NCBI GenBank assembly: GCA_001829415.1 | Contig: MIBE01000011.1 | Coordinates: forward strand, 24,760 to 88,759 | DNA from: Spirochaetes bacterium GWF1_51_8 | GTDB lineage: Bacteria; Spirochaetota; Brevinematia; Brevinematales; GWF1-51-8 | DNA length: 64,000 nt | Reading direction: 5' to 3' | Part shown: positions 33,612 through 41,660 of the stretch, piece by piece | Layout of the letters: the number at the start of each line of letters is the position of its first letter | How positions within the stretch are numbered: the first letter of the stretch is position 1 | Translations under genes and position numbers: made by a program | The notes under the pieces: generated by a model | The model's database searches: none | What the model saw: the letters and a program-made list of their open reading frames with translations, nothing else | What the model was told of the DNA's origin: nothing

Positions 33612-34502
33612 CTACTTCATCAGCACTCCGCCCGCGCCGGTCGAATAGAACAGGTACGTCTTTCCTTCCTGCGGCTCGAACCCTATCGCCTCTCCGTACA
33701 TCGTTTTCACACCGATCTGGCGGGACAGATTGGTATTCGTGGAGAACTCGATCATTTTATTAATCTGGACGTTATAGCTGTCCTTGCTGAGGATATAGAT
33801 TTCCTGCTCGTCGAGCTTGAACGTGAGCGGGACTCCGTCGGCGGACGCGAAGATGTTGAGACTGTTCCCGGCGGGGAGCACGTCGGAGAAGATGCGGTTC
33901 GGGAAGGCGATATTGTACGCCTCGCCCTTTTCGATCAGCGAGTATTTGAAGTTGATGACGCCGAAATCGACATAGAGCTTTTCACCGTCGACGATATAGA
34001 TTTTCTCACCCGTCATGACATCCGCTTCTTTCACCGGCGAGTACGCGTAGTACTTGACCGTCACATTCATCCGGTTCGTGCCGTTCACGGAAACCGGCAT
34101 CGCGGAGACCTCGAGCACTTTCCGTTCGGACTGAAGGTTCTTCAATGTCGCCTCGAGGGTCTTCATCTCGCTGAACAGCTTGAAACTGCCCGTGACATCG
34201 CGGAGTCCGGTAAACACGACAGACAGCACGAAGACCATGAAGAGGCCGATCAGGATGGTCGAAATGTTGGTGTAGAACCAGAAAAGCGTCTCGGTGATAC
34301 CGCCGACCACGCTGTAAAAGGTGATCTCGTCCTTCGAGGTGCGTATCTTCGATACAAGCATGGCTATGAACGCTATCGCGACGATAATCCATCCCCACGG
34401 GGTCAGGAAGAGGATTTTCGCCACCCAGATAATGACATTCAGAAAGCCGTTGAGTATGTCGTCGATAACCTCGATTGCGGCAATAAAATTACTGACTTCC
34501 AT
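33612..34502 (-). CDS. membrane protein (3 TM + coiled coil + beta-rich domain), unknown function
   Basis: 296 aa. The C-terminal block ..EPQEGKTYLFYSTGAGGVLMK resembles the end of the upstream gene product. 14-nt overlap with 34489..35175. Confidence 0.65.
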   Translation of the reverse strand: MEVSNFIAAIEVIDDILNGFLNVIIWVAKILFLTPWGWIIVAIAFIAMLVSKIRTSKDEITFYSVVGGITETLFWFYTNISTILIGLFMVFVLSVVFTGLRDVTGSFKLFSEMKTLEATLKNLQSERKVLEVSAMPVSVNGTNRMNVTVKYYAYSPVKEADVMTGEKIYIVDGEKLYVDFGVINFKYSLIEKGEAYNIAFPNRIFSDVLPAGNSLNIFASADGVPLTFKLDEQEIYILSKDSYNVQINKMIEFSTNTNLSRQIGVKTMYGEAIGFEPQEGKTYLFYSTGAGGVLMK

Positions 34503-35175
34503 TGAGACCCTCCATCATTTCGACTCCGCCGTTAGGGTGGAGAATATATCGGTAAGTTTTTCCGGATTCGTAGGGCTTGAACGGGCTTTGGTGCACCGCG
34601 GTATCCATGATATCGGTGATGTATTTTCCCTTCACCGCGCTGTAGTAGTCGCCGTACTCGAACACGGTCTCGTAGAGTCCGGTTAATGTCCGCTTGACCT
34701 GATCGGTAATCCCTGTGGCGGTATAGTTCTGGGGAAAATTATTGATGACATAAAGGGAGGTGACGGAAATACCGTCTTTAGGGGCGATCTTCTCGGTGTA
34801 GACCTTGTACGGGAAGATGACGGTCTTATCGACATCCTCGGAACTGAGGTAAACGATCCGCGACTCGAGGAAGATGTCCGTGCCGGGCAGGGTGAATACC
34901 TTCTTGCCCTTGACCTCGCCGTCGAGGCCCATGATCGAAAGCTCGAACTCCACAGCGCTCGCGCCTTTTTTCAGCACCGCGACACGCGCGAACTCGTACT
35001 CCGATTTAACCCATTCGATTGTTTTACGGAGGTCCTCGACCTTATCCTGGAGGATTTCCTTCATCTGGGAAAATAAGAAAAACAGGATGGCGATTCCGGC
35101 TATCAGGATGATAAAAAAACCGAGTTTCTCGCCGCCGGATTTTTCATTTTGCGCAGGGACATACTTCTGGGCCAT
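34489..35175 (-). CDS. membrane-anchored protein (1 TM + coiled coil + beta-rich domain), unknown function; distant paralog of 33612..34502
   Basis: 228 aa. TM LGFFIILIAGIAILFFLF. C-terminal ..PYESGKTYRYILHPNGGVEMME. Confidence 0.65.
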   Translation of the reverse strand: MAQKYVPAQNEKSGGEKLGFFIILIAGIAILFFLFSQMKEILQDKVEDLRKTIEWVKSEYEFARVAVLKKGASAVEFELSIMGLDGEVKGKKVFTLPGTDIFLESRIVYLSSEDVDKTVIFPYKVYTEKIAPKDGISVTSLYVINNFPQNYTATGITDQVKRTLTGLYETVFEYGDYYSAVKGKYITDIMDTAVHQSPFKPYESGKTYRYILHPNGGVEMMEGLNGSQ

Positions 35176-35349
35176 GCCGTTCCCCCGTTTTCGCGTTTCT
35201 ATCGGACGGTTTATTATAAACCCAACGTGCGGGAAAACACAAGGTTTTGATGAATTTCACCGGGGCTTTTCCCTTTACGCACATGAAAAATCATTTGATA
35301 TATTTTGTTATTTGTTATAAAATAATACTGTGCATTTCGGAGGGGAATT

Positions 35350-38300
35350 ATGAATTATATTATCTGGGATATTATTATCCTTGTCCTCTGTGTAACCTTG
35401 ATACTGTACTTTCGACGGCGGGACAAACGGAACGCTCAACTCTCCACTCTGAAAGGTTTTGTCCAGATGGCGATGAATAATATTCAGCAGTTGTTCAGCG
35501 ATAAAGAGCGCGACCTGCGCGATAAGACGATCAACCTCGACATCTCGCTGAAAAAACTCGACAAGGCCAGCGAATTTATCAATAAACGCCTCGCCGATAT
35601 CAAAGACTTTTTCGATAAAACCACCCTTATCCATTCCGAACTGAAGACCAATATGCAGAGCGCGCAGGTGTTCAACCAGGACATCGTGAGCGTCCGCGAC
35701 CAGCTTAAAGAGATCGGCTCGGCTGTGAACGAGATCGACGCGCTCAAGCGCGATATGAACGATTACAAGAAGCAGGCGGGCGCGATCCGTAACGAGGTCG
35801 AACAGGCGCGGGTATGGGCGCAGGACAACCTCGGCGACTTCGTGAAACGGATGGAATCAGAGATCGAGAATTACCGTATCCAGATCGCCGGGTCACAGGC
35901 CGCGAAGCTCGAGAAGATGGAAGCCGACCTTTCCAAGGCAATCGACGACGGCGAGTACAAGGCCGCGAAGATAGAAGAGCGTTTCGGCGACGTAGAACGC
36001 AGGATGGAAGAGTTCGACGCGCAGTACCTTAAGCGTCTCGATTCAATCGAAGGCGAAGTGTCCAAACGGATCGATTCGGTCGAGGGCGAGTACCAAAACA
36101 AGGTCTCGTCGATCGAACAGCGCTTCCTCAAAATGGCGCAGGAGATCGACACCGCGGAGAAGAAATTCAAGACGGAAGCCGAACAGCTCTTCCATAAAGC
36201 CGGAACCGATATCCAGAAGACGGTTGACCTGCTGAAGAAAGAGGCCGAGTCGTCCGCCAGCAGCCGCGTCTCTACAATCGACGAACGGATGCGCGAGGAA
36301 ATCAAGAAGCTCGAAGAACGTGTCAACCAGAGTATCCGCGGATTTAACGAAAATCTGAACAATACCGCCAAGGGAATCGGCGATCTCAATAACCGCCTGA
36401 CCGGATTTATCAAGGACAGCTCGGACAAGTTCAAGGGCGAGCTGAACGCGCTCAAAACCAACTACACGGTCGAGGCGACGGGCTTCTTCGAGAAGCTCGA
36501 CGACCGTGAGAACCAGCTCAACGCTATCGCGAAAGAGCTCACTCTCCAAATGGGCGAAGCGGGTAAGAGTATCCGCAAGCTCACCGACGATTCCACGAAC
36601 GCCGCGCTCGACAAGATCAAGTCGCGCGAGACCGAGATTCTCGGCAACCTCGAGAAGTCTTCGGACATCGTTTCCGACCGTCTGGTACAGCTCGAGAAGT
36701 TCATCAACTCGTTCGAAAGCGATATCACGAAGAAAGTGTCCACGATGGAATCCGAACTGATAAAGGATATCAACGACTCGAAGAACCGTGTCGAGGAACT
36801 GCGGAATATCGCACTCAAGCTCGAGAAGGATATCGACAACACGATCACCCACCGCACCAAGGAAATCGACAGCTATATGGAGCGCCTGAAGGATGCGTTT
36901 ATAGAGGACTACAAGGCTCTGATCGACAACACGAAGGACGAGATTATCGGACTGCGCGACGAGGTCAAGGAACTCCAGGACGGAGTCGGCTCGCAGAAGG
37001 ACAGGATTTTGAACGGCGTGAAGGAATCGGTTGATTCCCTCAAGAACTGGAGCATAGCCCAGCTCGGCGAGATCAAGGACGATATCGAGGGCACGAAGCT
37101 CCGCGCGGACGGCGCGCTGGTGGATGTCAAGGAAGATGTCGAGCGGAATGTCGTGAAACTGCGTGACGATCTGAAGAACAAGCTGGACTCTGCTATCCGT
37201 GACGGCGAACTGACGCTGAACGCCAAGAAAGAAGAGATCAAACGGATCGCGGGCGAAATGGTCCGCGAGTTCGACGATAAAGAACGGGAAATGGGACGCA
37301 AGATGGAAAACTTCCAGCAAGCGATGGAAGCCTCGCTCGCGAAGGCGAACGGAAGGATCGAATCGGCGCGCACCGGCCTCGAAACGGAAGTCACACGGAC
37401 TACCGAACGATTACGCGAGGAATTCGAGCGGCAGATCAAGAACGGCGAAAAGCTCCGTGAGGAACTCGCCGGTTTCGACAAGCTGATCGCCGATATCAAG
37501 AGTACATCCGAATCGAATATATCCAAAATCCGCGAGAAGTACCAGGATGTCAAGGACAGTGTCCAGCAGCTCGAGGCGAATGTCGAGAACACCCGTAAGC
37601 GGATCGACGAAAATATCAGCACCTACATCAACTCGATCTATTCCCAGATGGAGAGCGAGAAGTCCGATATCCTCGCGCATATCACGAAAGAGCGCGATAA
37701 CGCCAAGGACCTGATCGGCGAATTTGTCGCCGCGTCGCGTGACCAGATCAACCAGAGGATGGAGAAGATACTCGGCGAGACCGAGTCGAATATCAAGAAT
37801 CTCGACGGCAAGGCACAGAATCTCCTGCGCGAGTTCTTCGACCAGAGAAAGGCGGATTTCCAGAAGGAGATAGGCGCGTTCCGCGAGTCGTTCTTCGCGC
37901 CCGCCGACGACATCATCTCGCAGTTCAACAAGAAAGCAGAATCGATGAAGACCGAACTGGACGGCGAACTCGGCGAGATCAAGGATGACTACCGTTCGTT
38001 CATGTCGCGCCTCGATGAGATCACCTCGTCCCTCAAGGGGATCGAGGATAAGACGCTCGGGACCGTGCAGACGAAGGCCGTCAATATCGAGACCGAGATC
38101 ACGAACAAGCTCAATATGATCAGCCACCAGTTCGACGGCTATATCCGTAAGAGCGAGACCGAGCTTAAGGACGAGATGGATAAGGCGCGCGGCGAGGTCA
38201 AATCTTTGTTCGGCGAACTCAAGCTCCAGGAAGAAAAGATGAAAAATGTTGTGCTGGACGATGTCCGGAACCTGACGAAGAAGATACAGGAGATCGAGAC

Positions 38301-39201
38301 CCGTTACGACCAGATGATCAAGAAGACGGGCCTGCTCGAACGCGCCGAGGATATGTCGCAGAAGGCCGAACAGAATATGGCCGCGATCCGCGACTTCCTG
38401 CACGACCTCGAGGAACAGCGCCGTGAGATCGACAAGGCAATGCGCGACGTCGACACGGTGAAGAACGACAATAAGACGATACAGGCGATGATGAACGAGA
38501 CGATCCGCAACCGCAAAGAAGCGGTCGCGATCAAGGAAAGCGTGGACACCGCCCTCGAAAAGGCGCGCGATATCGAACGGCTTCTCGACGTCATCAAGAG
38601 TCAGCAGGAACAGGCCGAATCGGTCAAGAAGGTGCTGGTCGATACGCTCAATATGTACGACGATATTAAGATGCGGGTGAACGAGCTCGAGGGAAAGAAG
38701 ACGACGATCAACGACCTCCTTGAGACGATAGACCGTTCGACCGATACGATCGAGACGATGCGCGAGAAGGTCAATACAGTCGAGGACAAGGTAAGCGTGA
38801 TTATGCAGGGCGCGAAACGGCTCGAAGACGAGATCCGTACGGCGCAGCGCCAGATCGACGACGTGTTCAAGTCGCAGGACGAGATGAGCGACGCGATCAG
38901 CAAGGTCACGAATATCGAAAGCCTCCTGATCCATATCGAGGAAGAGGAGAAAAAGGTGCGCAAGCTCCAGGAATGGATCGGGCGCACACAAAACGACCTC
39001 GAAGGGCTGAAAGAGATGCAGGAGACGATTCAGGCCGACAACCCGGCGGCGTCGAAGAAGAAACCCGCGCTCGGCGACGACGAGACCACGAAGAACGTCC
39101 TGCGCCTTTACGAAAAGGGCTGGGGTGTCGACGAGATCGCGCGGAGCCTCAAACTCTCGCCCCGTTATGTCGAAATCATCATCGAACGTTACGCTAAATA
39201 A
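35350..39201 (+). CDS. giant membrane-anchored coiled-coil protein with C-terminal helix-turn-helix
   Basis: 1283 aa. N-terminal TM (IIWDIIILVLCVTLILYF), then ~1150 aa of E/K/D/R/I/L-rich heptad-like sequence. C-terminus VLRLYEKGWGVDEIARSLKLSPRYVEIIIERY has a LuxR / sigma-70 region 4-like HTH pattern. Confidence 0.8.
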   Translation: MNYIIWDIIILVLCVTLILYFRRRDKRNAQLSTLKGFVQMAMNNIQQLFSDKERDLRDKTINLDISLKKLDKASEFINKRLADIKDFFDKTTLIHSELKTNMQSAQVFNQDIVSVRDQLKEIGSAVNEIDALKRDMNDYKKQAGAIRNEVEQARVWAQDNLGDFVKRMESEIENYRIQIAGSQAAKLEKMEADLSKAIDDGEYKAAKIEERFGDVERRMEEFDAQYLKRLDSIEGEVSKRIDSVEGEYQNKVSSIEQRFLKMAQEIDTAEKKFKTEAEQLFHKAGTDIQKTVDLLKKEAESSASSRVSTIDERMREEIKKLEERVNQSIRGFNENLNNTAKGIGDLNNRLTGFIKDSSDKFKGELNALKTNYTVEATGFFEKLDDRENQLNAIAKELTLQMGEAGKSIRKLTDDSTNAALDKIKSRETEILGNLEKSSDIVSDRLVQLEKFINSFESDITKKVSTMESELIKDINDSKNRVEELRNIALKLEKDIDNTITHRTKEIDSYMERLKDAFIEDYKALIDNTKDEIIGLRDEVKELQDGVGSQKDRILNGVKESVDSLKNWSIAQLGEIKDDIEGTKLRADGALVDVKEDVERNVVKLRDDLKNKLDSAIRDGELTLNAKKEEIKRIAGEMVREFDDKEREMGRKMENFQQAMEASLAKANGRIESARTGLETEVTRTTERLREEFERQIKNGEKLREELAGFDKLIADIKSTSESNISKIREKYQDVKDSVQQLEANVENTRKRIDENISTYINSIYSQMESEKSDILAHITKERDNAKDLIGEFVAASRDQINQRMEKILGETESNIKNLDGKAQNLLREFFDQRKADFQKEIGAFRESFFAPADDIISQFNKKAESMKTELDGELGEIKDDYRSFMSRLDEITSSLKGIEDKTLGTVQTKAVNIETEITNKLNMISHQFDGYIRKSETELKDEMDKARGEVKSLFGELKLQEEKMKNVVLDDVRNLTKKIQEIETRYDQMIKKTGLLERAEDMSQKAEQNMAAIRDFLHDLEEQRREIDKAMRDVDTVKNDNKTIQAMMNETIRNRKEAVAIKESVDTALEKARDIERLLDVIKSQQEQAESVKKVLVDTLNMYDDIKMRVNELEGKKTTINDLLETIDRSTDTIETMREKVNTVEDKVSVIMQGAKRLEDEIRTAQRQIDDVFKSQDEMSDAISKVTNIESLLIHIEEEEKKVRKLQEWIGRTQNDLEGLKEMQETIQADNPAASKKKPALGDDETTKNVLRLYEKGWGVDEIARSLKLSPRYVEIIIERYAK

Positions 39202-39213
39202 AGGGAGAAGTTT

Positions 39214-40488
39214 ATGCTGGATATTAAGTACCTGCTTGAAAATAAAGACGAAGCGGCGGAGAAGCTCGCCGGACGTAAGATCGGGCCGGCGTTAATCCGG
39301 AAGATCGTCGACGAGTACGAAGAGAAAAAGACGACCCAGAAGGAAGCGGACGACCTCAGAAACCGCCGGAACACGTTGTCGAAAGAGATCGGCGTGAAAA
39401 AGTCCAAGGGCGAAAACGCAGACGAGCTGATGAATGAGGTCGCCGGGATCAAGACGCGGATGGAAGCGGTCGAAGCGCGCGAGAAGGAACTGGACGAGTC
39501 GATCCGCGCGACCCTGCTCAACCTGCCGAACCTGCCCCGGCCGGATGTGCCGGTGGGACAGGACGAGAGCGCGAACAAGGAAGTCAGCCGTTGGGGCACG
39601 CCCGTGAAGCTCGACTTCACCCCGTTACCGCACCAGGAGATAGGCGAGAAGCTCGGGATTATCGATTTCGAGCGCGGCGCGAAGATCGCAGGGCACGGCT
39701 TTATCCTTTACTGCGGCGCGGGGGCATTGCTCGAACGCGCGCTCATCAACTTCATGCTCGACACCCACACAGAGGCCGGGTTCAGGGAGCATTTCGTACC
39801 GTTTCTTGTGAATGCCGAATCGCTCACAGGCACCGGCCAGCTCCCGAAGTTTAAAGACGAGATGATGTATCAGTTGGAGAATGAAAACTTATTTTTAAAT
39901 CCTACCGCCGAGGTCCCGCTCACGAATATCTATCGCGACGAAATCCTCGCCGAAAAAGACTTGCCGATCTGGGTGACCGCATACGCCCCCAGCTTTAGGC
40001 GTGAATCCGGGAGCTACGGCAAGGACACGAAGGGCCTGATCCGCGTGCACCAATTCAACAAGGTAGAGCTCGTGAAGTTCTCGAAGCCCGAGGAGTCCGA
40101 AGCGGAACACCGGTCGATGCTCGAGCAGGCGGAGAAGGTGCTCCGGCTCCTGAACCTGCCCTACCGGGTGATCGTGCTCTCCACCGGCGACATGGGATTC
40201 GCCGCGTCGAAGTGCTACGATATCGAGGTGTGGCTCCCGAGCCTGAACGGCTACAAGGAGATATCGTCGGTGTCGAACTGCACGGATTTCCAGGCCCGCC
40301 GCGCGAATATCCGTTTCCGCCGGGCCGATACCAAGAAGGTCGAGTTCGTCCATACACTCAATGGTTCCGGGCTCGCTGTCGGACGCACGATGGTCGCGGT
40401 ACTCGAGAACTGCCAGACGAAGGAAGGAACGGTGCGGATACCCGGCGCGCTCCTTCCGTATATGCGCGGGGTAACCGAAATAAAGTAA
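39214..40488 (+). CDS. serS: serine--tRNA ligase
   Basis: N-terminal coiled-coil arm plus class II core (..FRRESGSYGKDTKGLIRVHQFNKVE.., ..TLNGSGLAVGRTMVAVLEN..). Confidence 0.95.
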   Translation: MLDIKYLLENKDEAAEKLAGRKIGPALIRKIVDEYEEKKTTQKEADDLRNRRNTLSKEIGVKKSKGENADELMNEVAGIKTRMEAVEAREKELDESIRATLLNLPNLPRPDVPVGQDESANKEVSRWGTPVKLDFTPLPHQEIGEKLGIIDFERGAKIAGHGFILYCGAGALLERALINFMLDTHTEAGFREHFVPFLVNAESLTGTGQLPKFKDEMMYQLENENLFLNPTAEVPLTNIYRDEILAEKDLPIWVTAYAPSFRRESGSYGKDTKGLIRVHQFNKVELVKFSKPEESEAEHRSMLEQAEKVLRLLNLPYRVIVLSTGDMGFAASKCYDIEVWLPSLNGYKEISSVSNCTDFQARRANIRFRRADTKKVEFVHTLNGSGLAVGRTMVAVLENCQTKEGTVRIPGALLPYMRGVTEIK

Positions 40489-40559
40489 GGAATAACCCAA
40501 AAAAAACTTGATTAAATATAAATTTATATTAAGATATTGGTGTGTACAAAGGAGGGTCT

Positions 40560-40868
40560 ATGCAGTACGAAAGAAAAGCTAGCGACGATGGAACGGTCAC
40601 CTATAAGATCAACGGCGATTTCACGATCTTCTTTTTAAACAATATCAAATCGGATATCGAAAAAGATATAGGAAGCGGGAAGGTCATTCATTTCATGTTC
40701 GATTTCGCCGAAGTCAATTATATCGACTCGGCGGCGATCAGCCTTTTGATTATGACCGGCAAGTACAACGACGGGAAGGGCAAGCCCCTTTTCATCAAGA
40801 AACCGAAGGATGTGGTCAAACGGATCGTGGACAACGCCGAACTCACGTTCGTGGAGTACCAGTACTAG
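40560..40868 (+). CDS. STAS domain protein (anti-sigma-factor antagonist-like)
   Basis: Start ATG 40560 after AAAGGAGGG. VNYIDSAAISLLIM resembles the SpoIIAA/RsbV region (an Ala replaces the usual phospho-Ser). Confidence 0.8.
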   Translation: MQYERKASDDGTVTYKINGDFTIFFLNNIKSDIEKDIGSGKVIHFMFDFAEVNYIDSAAISLLIMTGKYNDGKGKPLFIKKPKDVVKRIVDNAELTFVEYQY

Positions 40869-40901
40869 TTCCTCGCATTGGGATTTGCGATTTTTTATAC
40901 A

Positions 40902-40931
40902 GCCTGTCCGTTACGCGGACGGGCTTTTTTT
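40902..40931 (+). terminator. rho-independent terminator
   Basis: Stem GCCTGTCCG / CGGACGGGC (one G-T pair), loop TTACG, then TTTTTTT. Confidence 0.65.
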
Positions 40932-41023
40932 ATTGTGTCATTTCATTCACAAAAGATAAATGGTATTGACATTTAAAAAATATTTAATACTATATTGCAC
41001 ATATTTTCTAAAGGAAGGTGTAT

Positions 41024-41608
41024 ATGAAGAGACTCTTTTTGTTACTTTGTATCTCGATACTTTTTGTTTCCTGTGGTGGCGGTTTTGGAATGAGTACTTT
41101 AAAACCTAATGAGACCTTGAAGACAAATGATGCCTACATTTTTGGGAGTCTTTACTCGTTAGATGTAAACAATATTTTTACTGCTACAGTTTCTTATTTC
41201 GGAATTGAGTTTCAGAATCATACTACCGGGAAATCTTTTCAGATCCGGTTTTCTTATAATGTAAATGAAATCCTTTTAGTGATTCCAGTTTCTTCGGGTG
41301 AGTACAGCTATTCTAAGTTTTGGTTTTTAAGAGAAAACGGATCCACTTATGATTCTAAGAATCTCGAAAGTGAGAAGTTTTTAATAGAAGCAGGAAAGCT
41401 TTATTACATAGGAAACTGGGTTGGGTCTCATAAGTTATCGGTATCAGGTAATATGCAATACCACGATTGGATTCTCTATAGTTTGAAGGACAAATTTGAA
41501 GAAGCGACTACAAATCTAAAAGCAAAATATCCCAAACTGAGCGAAATGGAAGCAGTAAACGAATTATTGAATTTAGAGATATTTAAGAAAATGTCTACTG
41601 CAAAGTAA
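41024..41608 (+). CDS. hypothetical lipoprotein in an A+T-rich islet
   Basis: MKRLFLLLCISILFVSCGGG lipobox. RBS AAGGAAGG. Visibly A+T-rich. Bracketed by terminators. Confidence 0.65.
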   Translation: MKRLFLLLCISILFVSCGGGFGMSTLKPNETLKTNDAYIFGSLYSLDVNNIFTATVSYFGIEFQNHTTGKSFQIRFSYNVNEILLVIPVSSGEYSYSKFWFLRENGSTYDSKNLESEKFLIEAGKLYYIGNWVGSHKLSVSGNMQYHDWILYSLKDKFEEATTNLKAKYPKLSEMEAVNELLNLEIFKKMSTAK

Positions 41609-41610
41609 AT

Positions 41611-41651
41611 AAAATAAACCGGGATTGTAAAGAACAATCCCGGTTTATTTT
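41611..41651. terminator. bidirectional rho-independent terminator between convergent genes
   Basis: 13-bp perfect stem AAACCGGGATTGT / ACAATCCCGGTTT, loop AAAGA, A-run before and T-run after. Confidence 0.65.
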
Positions 41652-41660
41652 AAGAGTTCT

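Noticed and set aside
36043-38991. Long antisense and off-frame ORFs (36043..37320, 37411..38991, 36909..37622 and others) within the giant coiled-coil gene
   Set aside because: Periodic GA-rich codons (GAA/GAG/AAG/GAC/ATC) keep several frames open. Only the + strand frame from 35350 gives a coherent TM + heptad + HTH protein with an RBS and an uninterrupted 1283 codons.
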